Position numbers and translations under genes: made by a program. 64,000 nt of DNA from Flectonema sp. DT1601 (Eukaryota), in contig OZ025799.1 of the NCBI GenBank assembly GCA_964019425.1, forward strand, positions 992,001 through 1,056,000. The letters are read 5' to 3'. Positions 11,601 through 25,870 of this stretch are shown piece by piece. Within the stretch, counting starts at the first letter, position 1; each line of letters starts with the position of its first letter. A model generated the notes under the pieces. That model ran no database searches, was not told where the DNA came from, and saw only the letters and a program-made list of their open reading frames with translations.

Positions 11601-12812
11601 TCCTATATAATTGTCAGCATTGGGGATATTTTGGGTTTCTGAGGAAATCCACCAAGTCCTGGGCCAGGTACCCAGGCCAGGCCTCACCTAATTACACACT
11701 AATTCTTCTTTGCATTCCCGCAAGAAGGTCTGGTTCTAAGTGCAACATAAGTGTTGACTGGTGCCACGCATTACAGAAAGAAAAGTAGCGTTGCATATTG
11801 ACCTGTGGCAAGTCGGCGCTACCAAATGACAGTCTGATGATCCACGGCGGGCGTTTGCAGAAAGAAATTTGCCTTTGTCACGGAATTTCTTTTTTCTTTT
11901 TTACCACTTTTTGCGCCACTCACCTCCAAAAAAACATGAGTAAATCTTTTTTTATGGTTATCTCTCGATCTATCGCCCCAAAAAGTTTCACAAATTTCTG
12001 TGTGGAGAAAAAAGTTTTGCAGTTGTTTGCCAGTCAAAACTTACGCAGCACTGTAAGCTGGCCAGGCCTAGCTACTTCCGTACTGGGAATGAGGCTTCTG
12101 TTTCTTCCTGCTAGCAGGCCTGGTGCTAAGTGCTACGTAATAGTGCCACGCATTAAAGGAATAATATTAGGTTGCTCAGAAGTGCTATGTAAGCTGGCCA
12201 GGCCTAGCTACTTCCGTACTGGGAATGAGGCTTCTGTTTCTTCCTGCTTGCTGGCAGGCCTGGTGCTAAGTGCTACGTAATAGTGTCACGCATTACAGGG
12301 ATAATATTAGGTCGCCCAGAAGTGCTATGTAAGCGCCAGGCCTAGCTACTTCCGTACTGGGAATGGGGCTTCTGTTTCTCCCCGCAAGCAGGCCTGGTGC
12401 TAAGTGCTACGTAAGTGTTGAATGGTGTCACGCATTGCGGGAAGAAAGGTGGGGTGTTGCATGTTAACCTGTTGCAAGTTGGCACTACCAAATGACCTGA
12501 TGACCCACGGGGGGGCGTTTGCGGAAAGAGAATTGCTGCTTTTGCAGTTATTTGCCTTTGTCACGGGATTTTTTTTTTTTTTTTTTTACTGCTTTTTGTG
12601 CCACTCACCTCCAAGAAATCATGGTTACACCTTTTTTATGGTTATCCCTTGGCCTATCGATCTCGAAAAGGCTTCACAAATCCCTGAGGAGAATAGGTTT
12701 TAGAGTTTTGGTGCCAAGCTGTCTTTTTGTTATGATTTAGACAATTTGGGTTTTAATAAATAATTCCTTTCATTTTTGCCACCTTTCTGCAACCAATGCT
12801 TATGTAGCACCC
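11601..12812 (+). repeat. Complex repeat block (three ~140-bp units and two longer diverged units)
   Basis: ggccaggcctagctacttccgtactgggaatg recurs near 12060, 12197 and 12335. 11740-12000 resembles 12405-12680. Confidence 0.8.
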
Positions 12813-15800
12813 TTGAGCAAATTTTGGCTGCTAATTTTCTTCTTGCGAGCAAATTTTAGCTGCTTATTTTCTTCCCGCAAGCAAATTTTGGCTGCTGATT
12901 CTCTTCCCGCAAGCAAATTTTGGCTGCTTATTTTCTTCCCGCAAGCAAATCTTAGCTGCTTATTTTCTTCCCGCAAGCAAATTTTGGCTGCTTATTTTCT
13001 TCCCGCAAGCAAATTTTGGCTGCTGATTCTCTTCCCGCAAGCAAATTTTGGCTGCTTATTTTCTTCCCGCAAGCAAATTTTGGCTGCTTATTTTCTTCCC
13101 GCAAGCAAATTTTGGCTGCTGATTCTCTTCCCGCAAGCAAATTTTGGCTGCTTATTTTCTTCCCGCAAGCAAATTTTGGCTGCTTATTTTCTTCCCGCAA
13201 GCAAATTTTGGCTGCTGATTCTCTTCCCGCAAGCAAATTTTGGCTGCTTATTTTCTTCCCGCAAGCAAATTTTGGCTGCTGATTCTCTTCCCGCAAGCAA
13301 ATTTTGGCTGCTTATTTTCTTCCCGCAAGCAAATTTTGGCTGCTTATTTTCTTCCCGCAAGCAAATTTTAGCTGCTTATTTTTTTCTTGCAGGCAGATTT
13401 TAGCTGCTTATTTTCTTCCCGCAAGCAAATTTTGGCTGCTTATTTTCTTCCCGCAAGCAAATTTTGGCTGCTTATTTTCTTCCCGCAAGCAAATTTTTGG
13501 CTGCTTATTTTCTTCCCGCAAGCAAATTTTGGCTGCTGATTCTCTTCCCGCAAGCAAATTTTGGCTGCTTATTTTCTTCCCGCAAGCAAATTTTGGCTGC
13601 TTATTTTCTTCCCGCAAGCAAATTTTGGCTGCTGATTCTCTTCCCGCAAGCAAATTTTGGCTGCTTATTTTCTTCCCGCAAGCAAATTTTGGCTGCTTAT
13701 TTTCTTCCCGCAAGCAAATTTTGGCTGCTGATTCTCTTCCCGCAAGCAAATTTTGGCTGCTTATTTTCTTCCCGCAAGCAAATTTTGGCTGCTTATTTTC
13801 TTCCCGCAAGCAAATTTTAGCTGCTTATTTTTTTCTTGCAGGCAGATTTTGGCTGCTTATTTTCTTCCCGCAAGCAAATTTTGGCTGCTTATTTTCTTCC
13901 CGCAAGCAAATTTTGGCTGCTTATTTTCTTCCCGCAAGCAAATTTTAGCTGCTTATTTTCTTCCCGCAAGCAAATTTTGGCTGCTGATTCTCTTCCCGCA
14001 AGCAAACCTTAGCTGCTTATTTTCTTCCCGCAAGCAAATTTTGGCTGCTGATTCTCTTCCCGCAAGCAAATTTTGGCTGCTTATTTTCTTCCCGCAAGCA
14101 AATCTTAGCTGCTTATTTTCTTCCCGCAAGCAAATTTTGGCTGCTTATTTTCTTCCCGCAAGCAAATTTTTGGCTGCTTATTTTCTTCCCGCAAGCAAAT
14201 TTTGGCTGCTTATTTTCTTCCCGCAAGCAAATTTTGGCTGCTTATTTTCTTCCCGCAAGCAAATTTTGGCTGCTGATTCTCTTCCCGCAAGCAAATTTTG
14301 GCTGCTTATTTTCTTCCCGCAAGCAAATTTTGGCTGCTTATTTTCTTCCCGCAAGCAAATTTTGGCTGCTGATTCTCTTCCCGCAAGCAAATTTTGGCTG
14401 CTTATTTTCTTCCCGCAAGCAAATTTTGGCTGCTTATTTTCTTCCCGCAAGCAAATTTTGGCTGCTTATTTTCTTCCCGCAAGCAAATTTTGGCTGCTGA
14501 TTCTCTTCCCGCAAGCAAATTTTGGCTGCTTATTTTCTTCCCGCAAGCAAATTTTGGCTGCTTATTTTCTTCCCGCAAGCAAATTTTGGCTGCTGATTCT
14601 CTTCCCGCAAGCAAATTTTGGCTGCTTATTTTCTTCCCGCAAGCAAATTTTGGCTGCTTATTTTCTTCCCGCAAGCAAATTTTAGCTGCTTATTTTTTTC
14701 TTGCAGGCAGATTTTAGCTGCTTATTTTCTTCCCGCAAGCAAATTTTGGCTGCTTATTTTCTTCCCGCAAGCAAATTTTGGCTGCTTATTTTCTTCCCGC
14801 AAGCAAATTTTTGGCTGCTTATTTTCTTCCCGCAAGCAAATTTTGGCTGCTGATTCTCTTCCCGCAAGCAAATTTTGGCTGCTTATTTTCTTCCCGCAAG
14901 CAAATTTTGGCTGCTTATTTTCTTCCCGCAAGCAAATTTTGGCTGCTTATTTTCTTCCCGCAAGCAAATTTTGGCTGCTGATTCTCTTCCCGCAAGCAAA
15001 TTTTGGCTGCTTATTTTCTTCCCGCAAGCAAATTTTGGCTGCTTATTTTCTTCCCGCAAGCAAATTTTGGCTGCTGATTCTCTTCCCGCAAGCAAATTTT
15101 GGCTGCTTATTTTCTTCCCGCAAGCAAATTTTGGCTGCTTATTTTCTTCCCGCAAGCAAATTTTGGCTGCTGATTCTCTTCCCGCAAGCAAATTTTGGCT
15201 GCTTATTTTCTTCCCGCAAGCAAATTTTGGCTGCTTATTTTCTTCCCGCAAGCAAATTTTGGCTGCTGATTCTCTTCCCGCAAGCAAATTTTGGCTGCTT
15301 ATTTTCTTCCCGCAAGCAAATTTTGGCTGCTTATTTTCTTCCCGCAAGCAAATTTTAGCTGCTTATTTTTTTCTTGCAGGCAGATTTTAGCTGCTTATTT
15401 TCTTCCCGCAAGCAAATTTTGGCTGCTTATTTTCTTCCCGCAAGCAAATTTTGGCTGCTGATTCTCTTCCCGCAAGCAAATTTTGGCTGCTTATTTTCTT
15501 CCCGCAAGCAAATTTTGGCTGCTGATTCTCTTCCCGCAAGCAAATTTTAGCTGCTTATTTTTTTCTTGCAGGCAGATTTTAGCTGCTTATTTTCTTCCCG
15601 CAAGCAAATTTTGGCTGCTGATTCTCTTCCCGCAAGCAAACCTTAGCTGCTTATTTTCTTCCCGCAAGCAAATTTTGGCTGCTTATTTTCTTCCCGCAAG
15701 CAAATTTTGGCTGCTGATTCTCTTCCCGCAAGCAAACCTTAGCTGCTTATTTTCTTCCCGCAAGCAAATTTTGGCTGCTGATTCTCTTCCCGCAAGCAAA

Positions 15801-15950
15801 TTTTAGCTGCTTATTTTTTTCTTGCAGGCAGATTTTAGCTGCTTATTTTCTTCCTGCAAGCAAATTTTGGCTGCTTATTTTCTTCCCGCAAGCAAATTTT
15901 AGCTGCTTACTTTTTTCCTGCAAACAAATTTAAGCTGCCAATTTTCTTCA
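12813..15950 (+). repeat. 32-bp tandem satellite (~3.1 kb)
   Basis: Unit cttcccgcaagcaaattttggctgcttatttt with recurring variants. Confidence 0.97.
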
Positions 15951-15997
15951 GTAGGAAGTAAGTAAGATTTATTTTTGCCTAAGGAAAAATGCTGGAT

Positions 15998-18900
15998 TTA
16001 AAAAATAAATAAAAAGAATTTAAAATAAAAAAAAAGAATAAACAATGTTATCATTGTTTTTTTTATCGTTCGACTTTGTCGACTAATTTCTATTTTCCGT
16101 TTCTTTTCTTTAAAAAATAAATAAAAAGAATTTAAAATAAAAAAAAAGAATAAACAATGTTATCATTGTTTTTTTATCGATCGACTATGTCGATCACTTT
16201 CTATTTTCCGTCCTGGTCAAGACGCTAAACTGATTGTTTTTTTCGAAATTAATAAAAAAGAATATAAAAAAAAAAATTAAAAAAAAAGAATAAACAATGT
16301 TATCATTGTTTTTTTATCGTTCGACTTTGTCGACTAATTTCTATTTTCCGTTTCTTTTCTTTAAAAAATAAATAAAAAGAATTTAAAATAAAAAAAAAGA
16401 ATAAACAATGTTATCATTGTTTTTTTATCGATCGACTATGTCGATCACTTTCTATTTTCCGTCCTGGTCAAGACGCTAAACTGATTGTTTTTTTTTCGAA
16501 ATTAATAAAAAAGAATATAAAAAAATTAAAAAAAAAGAATAAACAATGTTATCATTGTTTTTTTATCGTTCGACTTTGTCGACTAATTTCTATTTTCCGT
16601 TTCTTTTCTTTAAAAAATAAATAAAAAGAATTTAAAAAAAAAAAAAAAAAGAATAAACAATGTTATCATTGTTTTTTTATCGATCGACTATGTCGATCAC
16701 TTTCTATTTTCCGTCCTGGTCAAGACGCTAAACTGATTGTTTTTTTTTTTAATAAATAAAAAGAAATAAAAAAAAAAAAAAAAAGAATAAACAATGTTAT
16801 CATTGTTTTTTTATCGTTCGACTTTGTCGACTAATTTCTATTTTCCGTTTCTTTTCTTTAAAAAATAAATAAAAAGAATTTAAAATAAAAAAAAAGAATA
16901 AACAATGTTATCATTGTTTTTTTATCGATCGACTATGTCGATCACTTTCTATTTTCCGTCCTGGTCAAGACGCTAAACTGATTGTTTTTTTTTCAAAATT
17001 AATTAAAAAAAAAAATATAAAAAAAATTAAAAAAAAAGAATAAACAATGTTATCATTGTTTTTTTATCGTTCGACTTTGTCGACTAATTTCTATTTTCCG
17101 TTTCTTTTCTTTAAAAAAAAATAAATAAAAAGAATTTAAAATAAAAAAAAAGAATAAACAATGTTATCATTGTTTTTTTATCGATCGACTATGTCGATCA
17201 CTTTCTATTTTCCGTCCTGGTCAAGACGCTAAACTGATTGTTTTTTTTTTCGAAATTAATAAAAAGAATATAAAAAAATTTAAAAAAAAGAATAAACAAT
17301 GTTATCATTGTTTTTTTATCGTTCGACTTTGTCGACTAATTTCTATTTTCCGTTTTTTTCTTTAAAAAATAAATAAAAAGAATTTAAAATAAAAAAAAAG
17401 AATAAACAATGTTATCATTGTTTTTTTTATCGATCGACTATGTCGATTACTTTCTATTTTCCGTCCTGGTCAAGACGCTAAACTGATTGTTTTTTTTTTC
17501 AAAATTAATAAAAAAGAATATAAAAAAAAAAAATAAAAAAAAGAATAAACAATGTTATCATTGTTTTTTTTATCGATCGACTATGTCGATCACTTTCTAT
17601 TTTCCGTCCTGGTCAAGACGCTAAACTGATTGTTTTTTTTTTTCAAAATTAATAAAAAAGAATATAAAAAAAAAAATAAAAAAAAGAATAAACAATGTTA
17701 TCATTGTTTTTTTTATCGTTCGACTTTGTCGACTAATTTCTATTTTCCGTTTTTTTTCTTTAAAAATAAAAAAAAAAAGAATAAACAATGTTATCATTGT
17801 TTTTTTTATCGATCGACTATGTCGATCACTTTCTATTTTCCGTCCTGGTCAAGACGCTAAACTGATTGTTTTTTTTTTTTCAAAATTAATAAAAAAGAAT
17901 ATAAAAAAATAAAAAAAAAAAAAGAATAAACAATGTTATCATTGTTTTTTTTTTTATCGTTCGACTTTGTTGACTAATTTCTATTTTCCGTTTTTTTTCT
18001 TTTTAAAAAATAAATAAAAAGAATTTAAAAAAAAAAAAAAAAGAATAAACAATGTTATCATTGTTTTTTTTATCGATCGACTATGTCGATTACTTTCTAT
18101 TTTCCGTCCTGGTCAAGACGCTAAACTGATTGTTTTTTTTTTTTTCAAAATTAATAAAAAAGAATAGAAAAAAAAAAAAAAAATAAAAAAATAGAATAAA
18201 CAATGTTATCATTGTTTTTTTTTATCGTTCGACTTTGTTGACTATTTTCTATTTTCCATTTTTTTTCTTTAAAAATAAATAAAAAGAATTTAAAAAAAAA
18301 AAAAAAAAAAAAGAATAAACAATATTATCATTGTTTTTTTTTTTTTTTTATCGATCGACTATGTCGATCACTTTCTATTTTCCGTCCTGGTCAAGACGCT
18401 AAACTGATTGTTTTTTTTTTTTCCTCAAAATTAATAAAAAAGATTATAAAAAAAATACAAAAAAAAGAATAAACAATGTTATCATTGTTTTTTTTTATCG
18501 TTCGACTTTGTCGACTAATTTCTATTTTCCGTTTTTTTTTTCTTTAAAAAATAAATAAAAAGAATTTAAAATAATAAAAAGAATAAACAATGTTATCATT
18601 GTTTTCTTATCGATCGACTATGTCGATCGCTTTCTATTTTCCGTCCTGGTCAAGACGCTAAACTGATTGTTTTTTTTTTCAAAATTAATTAAAAAAAAAA
18701 ATATAAAAAAAATAAAAAAAAAAGAATAAACAATGTTATCATTGTTTTTTTATCGTTCGACTTTGTCGACTAATTTCTATTTTCCGTTTTTTTTTTCTTT
18801 AAAAAATAAATAAAAAAAAATTAAAAAAAAAAAGATTAAACAATGTTATCATTGTTTTTTTATCGATCGACTATGTCGATTACTTTCTATTTTCCGTCCT

Positions 18901-19359
18901 GGTCAAGACGCTAAACTGATTGTTTTTTTTTTCAAAATTAATAAAAAAGAATATAAAAAAAAAAAAAAAAAAAAAAAAAGAATAAACAATGTTATCATTG
19001 TTTTTTTTTTTTTTTATCGTTCGACTTTGTCGACTAATTTTTATTTTCCGTTTTTTTTCTTTAAAAAATAAATAATAAGAATTTAAAAAAAAAAAAAAAA
19101 AAGAATAAACAATGTTATCATTGTTTTTTTATCGATCGACTATGTCGATCACTTTCTATTTTCCGTCCTGGTCAAGACGCTAAACTGATTGTTTTTTCTT
19201 TAAAATAATTAAAAGGATTTAAAAAAAAAAAAAAAAAAAAAAAATGAATAAACAATGTTATCTTTGTTTTGTTTTCTATCGATCGACTATGTCGATTAAT
19301 TTCTATTTTCCGTCCCGATCGAGACGCTAAACTGATTGTTTCCTTTTTTTAAATAATAA

Positions 19360-19395
<36 letters not shown>

Positions 19396-19740
19396 ATCTC
19401 CCTGCTATCCTCATATCCCCACAATAATATTATACCTTTTCATTTTCTCTTTCCTTTTCTGGTCTTTTTTTTTTTTTTTTTTTTTTCATGTTTGATTATT
19501 TCCTCTTCATATTTTTTTTTTTCTTTTCTTTCTTTTTTTTTTTTTTTTCTCTGCCTCTCTCTTAATTCTGTTCGTTTCTTTGAAACGAAAATTCATTTGA
19601 ATATTATTCCTTGGTCAGCAACAGTCATTGTCGCCCTCTGGGCCTGTTAAAAAAAAAAAAAAAATAAAAAGAAAGTTTACATCGGGAATAGGGCAGGAGC
19701 CAAAAGCTCCCAGTCCGTTACTTCCCACTCTATCGAATTC
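15998..19740 (+). mobile_element. Repeat X forward: satellite array plus end block
   Basis: Alternating two unit types. End block 19392-19740 ends ctatcgaattc. Confidence 0.88.
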
Positions 19741-22698
19741 TTGTTTCCCATCTACTTTTTATTTTCTATTAGTTCTGGTCAGAAACTCCTGGGCAGCAAG
19801 AAGGAAAGTAGTTAAGTACTTCTGGGTGTTTGGCATCACCCCCCATAGTGAGCAAGTACAACAGGTAGCATTGGTAGTCTGTTGATCCTGAGTGATCCCA
19901 GCTACAGTTTTGTTTTTCTTTCTTTTTTTTAGAAGAAGATCAGGACATCCAAGCACTGCTGGATAGTTGCTGAATGCAGGGCCTGCCTGTGGCATTATAA
20001 TAACAGGCTAAGTCATTTGTAGTTCATAGTTTACCTTTGATTTTATAACTTCACATAGGTACTATGAACGATGAGAGATCCAGTGGGATCACTCAGGGTC
20101 TAGTAGAGACCACCAATGTTGTGCGTTGATAGGCAAGGTGACCAACCTTGACATTCTTTCTTTTCTCTCCTGTTGTGACAAACACAAAATACACACACAG
20201 CTTACAGTGTGTTCTTTGTGTATGTTTTCTTCAGGTGTGAGTAGTTTTTTTGTTCTTGCTCTTCAGGGAGGGCCTTAGCCAAAAGCTAACAGTCCAAATC
20301 TCACCTGGTAACTTAACTCATTCTTTGTCAGTTTTGGCATCAAACCTGTAATGGTTACATTAACTACCATTTCAACAGGTTATTTACTTAATTATTTGTT
20401 CTAAAAGTTGCTAAGTATCTCTCACTTAGAAATTTTTTATTTTTTTATTTTCAGCTCAATTAGCTACAAAGTGTTACTACTAAGTGTTTCTCACTTAGAT
20501 TTTTTTTTTGCTTTTCAGCTCCTTAAAAGCTGCTAAGTATTTCTGCTAAGTGTTTCTCACTTAGAATTTTATTTTTATGTTCGTTTTCTATCCCTTCTCC
20601 TATCCCTTTTGTTCAAAAAAAGCGGGAGGAAATTCTCTCATTCACGCTAAGATGCACTCTGAACTTTGATTTTTTGATCTGAGTGTGAGGGAATGACCTG
20701 TTAGTGCATTGGGCATAGGCTGGGCTGCAGTTTAGATGTCTTAGGTGTTAATAGGGGGTTCCTCTTAGCATTTTTCTTTGTTCCCACCTTATGATTTTCT
20801 TAAAGAAAAAAAATAGAAGTCATAATGGTGCTTCCCTCTGGAAGGGTTGTAAGCCATGGTGTCCAACTAGATTAAAGGACAAGTCTGGGATAATCCCTGC
20901 CAGAGGGGCGAGTATTCTACCATGGTTGAAATACTCTGGCAACTGATCTTCAATTTTATGTTGTTTGTTAGCTGTGGCATTATAATAACAGGCTAAGTCA
21001 TTTGTAGTTCATAGTTTACCTTTGATTTTATAACTTCACATAGGTACTATGAACGATGAGAGATCCAGTGGGATCACTCAGGGTCTAGTAGAGACCACCA
21101 ATGTTGTGTGTTGATAGGCAAGGTGACCAACCTTGACATTCTTTCTTTTCTCTCCTGTTGTGACAAACACAAAATACACACACAGCTTACAGTGTGTTCT
21201 TTGTGTATGTTTTCTTCAGGTGTGAGTAGTTTTTTTGTTCTTGCTCTTCAGGGAGGGCCTTAGCCAAAAGCTAACAGTCCAAATCTCACCTGGTAACTTA
21301 ACTCATTCTTTGTCAGTTTTGGCATCAAACCTGTAATGGTTACATTAACTACCATTTCAACAGGTTATTTACTTAATTATTTGTTCTAAAAGTTGCTAAG
21401 TATCTCTCACTTAGAAATTTTTTATTTTTTTATTTTCAGCTCAATTAGCTACAAAGTGTTACTACTAAGTGTTTCTCACTTAGATTTTTTTTTTGCTTTT
21501 CAGCTCCTTAAAAGCTGCTAAGTATTTCTGCTAAGTGTTTCTCACTTAGAATTTTATTTTTATGTTCGTTTTCTATCCCTTCTCCTATCCCTTTTGTTCA
21601 AAAAAAGCGGGAGGAAATTCTCTCATTCACGCTAAGATGCACTCTGAACTTTGATTTTTTGATCTGAGTGTGAGGGAATGACCTGTTAGTGCATTGGGCA
21701 TAGGCTGGGCTGCAGTTTAGATGTCTTAGGTGTTAATAGGGGGTTCCTCTTAGCATTTTTCTTTGTTCCCACCTTATGATTTTCTTAAAGAAAAAAAATA
21801 GAAGTCATAATGGTGCTTCCCTCTGGAAGGGTTGTAAGCCATGGTGTCCAACTAGATTAAAGGACAAGTCTGGGATAATCCCTGCCAGAGGGGCGAGTAT
21901 TCTACCATGGTTGAAATACTCTGGCAACTGATCTTCAATTTTATGTTGTTTGTTAGCTGCTGGTGTAATTAAATCATGTGTTGATACTTGCATTTGTTTA
22001 TTTGTTATCTTTTACTACAATAACGCTTGCCTATATCTTTTCTTTTTATTCCCTATCTGTTCTGATCTGTTACTTCATTTGTCTTGTTTAACTTCAGTTA
22101 TATGCATTTTACTTTTTATTGTTTCCCATCTACTTTTTATTTTCTATTAGTTCTGGTCAGAAACTCCTGGGCAGCAAGAAGGAAAGTAGTTAAGTACTTC
22201 TGGGTGTTTGGCATCACCCCCCATAGTGAGCAAGTACAACAGGTAGCATTGGTAGTCTGTTGATCCTGAGTGATCCCAGCTACAGTTTTGTTTTTCTTTC
22301 TTTTTTTTAGAAGAAGATCAGGACATCCAAGCACTGCTGGATAGTTGCTGAATGCAGGGCCTGCCTGTGGCATTATAATAACAGGCTAAGTCATTTGTAG
22401 TTCATAGTTTACCTTTGATTTTATAACTTCACATAGGTACTATGAACGATGAGAGATCCAGTGGGATCACTCAGGGTCTAGTAGAGACCACCAATGTTGT
22501 GCGTTGATAGGCAAGGTGACCAACCTTGACATTCTTTCTTTTCTCTCCTGTTGTGACAAACACAAAATACACACACAGCTTACAGTGTGTTCTTTGTGTA
22601 TGTTTTCTTCAGGTGTGAGTAGTTTTTTTGTTCTTGCTCTTCAGGGAGGGCCTTAGCCAAAAGCTAACAGTCCAAATCTCACCTGGTAACTTAACTCA
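19741..22698 (+). repeat. Repeat B tandem array (~1.39-kb monomer, one deleted ~0.99-kb monomer)
   Basis: gtggcattataataacagg occurs at 19989, 20974 and 22367. Confidence 0.9.
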
Positions 22699-22958
22699 TA
22701 TAAAAAAAAAAAAAAAAACAAAAAGAATAAACAATGTTATCATTGTTTTTTTTTTTATCGTTCGACTTTGTCGACTAATTTTTATTTTCCGTTTTTTTTT
22801 CTTTAAAAATAAATAAAAAGAATTTAAAAAAAAAAAAAAAAAAAGAATAAACAATGTTATCATTGTTTTTTTATCGATCGACTATGTCGATCACTTTCTA
22901 TTTTCCGTCCTGGTCAAGACGCTAAACTGATTGTTTTTTCTTTAAAATATTAAAAAGG

Positions 22959-22990
<32 letters not shown>

Positions 22991-23102
22991 AATAAACAAT
23001 GTTATCATTGTTTTTTATCGATCGACTATGTCGATCACTTTCTATTTTCCGTCCTGGTCAAGACGCTAAACTGATTGTTTTTTCTTTAAAAAATAATTAA
23101 AA

Positions 23103-23135
<33 letters not shown>

Positions 23136-23390
23136 TTAATCAATGTTATCATTGTTTTTTTATCGATCGACTATGTCGATCACTTTCAATTTTCCGTCCT
23201 GGTCAGGACGCTAAACTGATTGTTTTTTCTTTAAAAATAAATGAAAAGAACAAAAAAAAAAAAAAAAAAAAAAGGAATAAACAATGTTATCATTGTTTTT
23301 TTTTTATCGATCGACTATGTCGATTACTTTCTATTTTCCGTCCTGGTCAAGACGCTAAACTGATTGTTTTTTCTTTAAAATAATTAAAAG

Positions 23391-23424
<34 letters not shown>

Positions 23425-23944
23425 AATAAACAATGTTATCATTTTTTTTTTTATCGATCGACTATGTCGATTAATTTCTATTTTCCGTCCTGATCGAGAC
23501 GCTAAACTGATTGTTTCCTTTTTTTAAATAATAAAAAAAAAAAAAAAAAAGAGCATCTCCCTGCTATCCTCATATCCCCACAATAATATTATACCTTTTC
23601 ATTTTCTCTTTCCTTTTCTGGTCTTTTTTTTTCTTTTTTTCCTTTTTCATACAACGTTTTTTATTTATATTTTTTTTTTTTTTTTTTTCATGTTTGATTA
23701 TTTCCTCTTCATATTTTTCTTTTTCTATTCTTTCTTTTTTTTTTTTTTTTTTTTCTCTGCCTCTCTCTCAATTCTGTTCGTTTCTTTGAAACGAAAATTC
23801 ATTTGAATATTATTCCTTGGTCAGCAACCATCATTGTCGCCCTTTGGGCCTGTTAAAAAAAATAAAAAATAAAAAGAAAGTTTACATCGGGAATAGGGCA
23901 GGAGCCAAAAGCTCCCAGTCCGTTACTTCCCACTTTATCGAAAT
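22699..23944 (+). mobile_element. Repeat X forward (5'-truncated)
   Basis: Satellite units plus end block 23551-23944. Confidence 0.85.
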
Positions 23945-25008
23945 ATTGTCTTGAAAACTTGAAGGGGGTTAACTATTGGATTTTGTACGTAAAATACAAG
24001 ACGAACGCCTGCTTTGGACACGCTGGTTTGTTCACAGTAACTTCGGTGGTCTTACCCACCAATTGATACTCACTGACAGATTTAAGTATCATCCATTGCA
24101 ATCTTCACTTGAAGTTACGATTCCTCTCAGCTGCATACACATCTCTTTTTTCCGTGTTGTCATTCAGTGCAGTACGGAATCGAGTTATTCAACTGTGAAT
24201 TAATCACCAAGACGAACACCAGGAAGGGGGGCGTTTGAGTTTGATTTGTAAAATACAACTATATCATCATAACGATATTTAACATCATAAGGATACCGCT
24301 AGCTACCATGCTGGTAACTGACCAACTCAGTCAACTCACTAATCTTTGGCCACCGTTCCGACTTTCTTTCCTTTCACACCGACAGTCCTCTAACGGACTA
24401 ATCACGTATCGAAAAAAACAGCGAAGGTCGAGCAACTTAATACCTCGTGCCGAAATTCTTGTGAGGAACTATTCTCAAGAATTTTTGCTGAAAAAAAAAT
24501 TTCCAAAAAAAAATTCCTCACAATAATAATTCCTTACCAGATCAAAGGAAACCCCCAGTAAAAATTTTTCCTTGATCAGGAATAATTTTTGTGGGAGAAG
24601 AATCTTGTGAAATAACGGTTCTTGAGGAGAAATTCCTTGCAAGGATAATTCCTGCAATAAGAATATAGGAAAGAAAATTAAAAAAAAACTTTTTTAAGTG
24701 ACGCTGGTTGTCCACTGGTATGATTGTGGATTTGCATTCGCTAGGCTGCAGGTTCGAGTCCTGGTGGAGGATTTTTTTTTTAATTAAAAACCATTAAAAG
24801 CCCTTTATTTTTATTTTTCCAAATTAAAGGGGAATTAAATCCCCTTTAATTTTAAAATAAAGGGCCCTTTAATTCATTAAATCCCCTTTAATTCCCCTTT
24901 ATTTCATTAAATTGGAAAATAAAGGGGAATTAATTAAAAGCCCTTTAATATTAAAAGCCCTTTATTTCCGCTTTAATTTTTAATTCCCCTTTAAAGGGGT
25001 ACAAGTAT
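23945..25008. mobile_element. Probable one-ended TIR element relic
   Basis: Subterminal aaagcccttta/ttcccctttaa repeats at 24790-25000 end in ...tacaagtatg (CATAC on minus). No matching left end found. Confidence 0.4.
24700..24770 (+). pseudogene. tRNA-like cassette (Ala-TGC-like loop)
   Basis: T-arm caggttcgagtcctg, imperfect anticodon arm, followed by a T-run. No acceptor stem. Confidence 0.55.
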
Positions 25009-25142
25009 GTCTTTTTATTAATTTTTTAAAAAAAAAAAAAAAACAATCAGTTTAGCGTCTTGACCAGGACGGAAAACTGGAAGTAATCGACATAGTCGAT
25101 CGATAAAAAAAACAATGATAACATTGTTTCATCTTTTATATC

Positions 25143-25692
25143 GATAAAAAAGAATATAAAAAAAAAACAAAAAAAAAAAGAATAAACAATGTTATCATTG
25201 TTTTTTTTTATCGTTCGACTTTGTCGACTAATTTTTATTTTCCGTTTTTTTTTCTTTAAAAAATAAATAATAAGAATTTAAAAAAAAAAAAAAAAAGAAT
25301 AAACAATGTTATCATTGTTTTTTTATCGATCGACTATGTCGATCACTTTCTATTTTCCGTCCTGGTCAAGACGCTAAACTGATTGTTTTTTCTTTAAAAT
25401 AATTAAAAGGATTTAAAAAAAAAAAAAAAAAAAAAAAGAATAAACAATGTTATCATTGTTTTTTTATCGATCGCCTATGTCGATCACTTTCAATTTTCCG
25501 TCCTGGTCAGGACGCTAAACTGATTGTTTTTTCTTTAAAAATAAATAAAAAGAATAAAAAAAAAAAAAAAAAAAAGGAATAAACAATGTTATCATTGTTT
25601 TTTTTTTATCGATCGACTACGTCGATTACTTTCTATTTTCCGTCCTGGTCAAGACGCTAAACTGATTGTTTTTTCTTTAAAATAATTAAAAG

Positions 25693-25727
<35 letters not shown>

Positions 25728-25839
25728 TAAACAATGTTATCATTGTTTTTTTTCTATCGATCGACTATGTCGATTAATTTCTATTTTCCGTCCTGATCGA
25801 GACGCTAAACTGATTGTTTCCTTTTTTTAAATAATAAAT

Positions 25840-25870
<31 letters not shown>

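Noticed and set aside
12813..15950. Many repetitive ORFs, or a CRISPR-like array
   Set aside because: Pure 32-bp tandem satellite with no unique spacers. The ORFs arise in several frames from the repeat.
4900..19740. One giant foldback transposon with multi-kb TIRs
   Set aside because: The flanks (..ggattacac / ttgtttccc..) show no TSD, and end blocks also occur unpaired and in tandem. Not excluded entirely.
24700..24770. Functional tRNA gene
   Set aside because: The acceptor stem cannot form. The same applies to 8129-8200 and 40357-40410.
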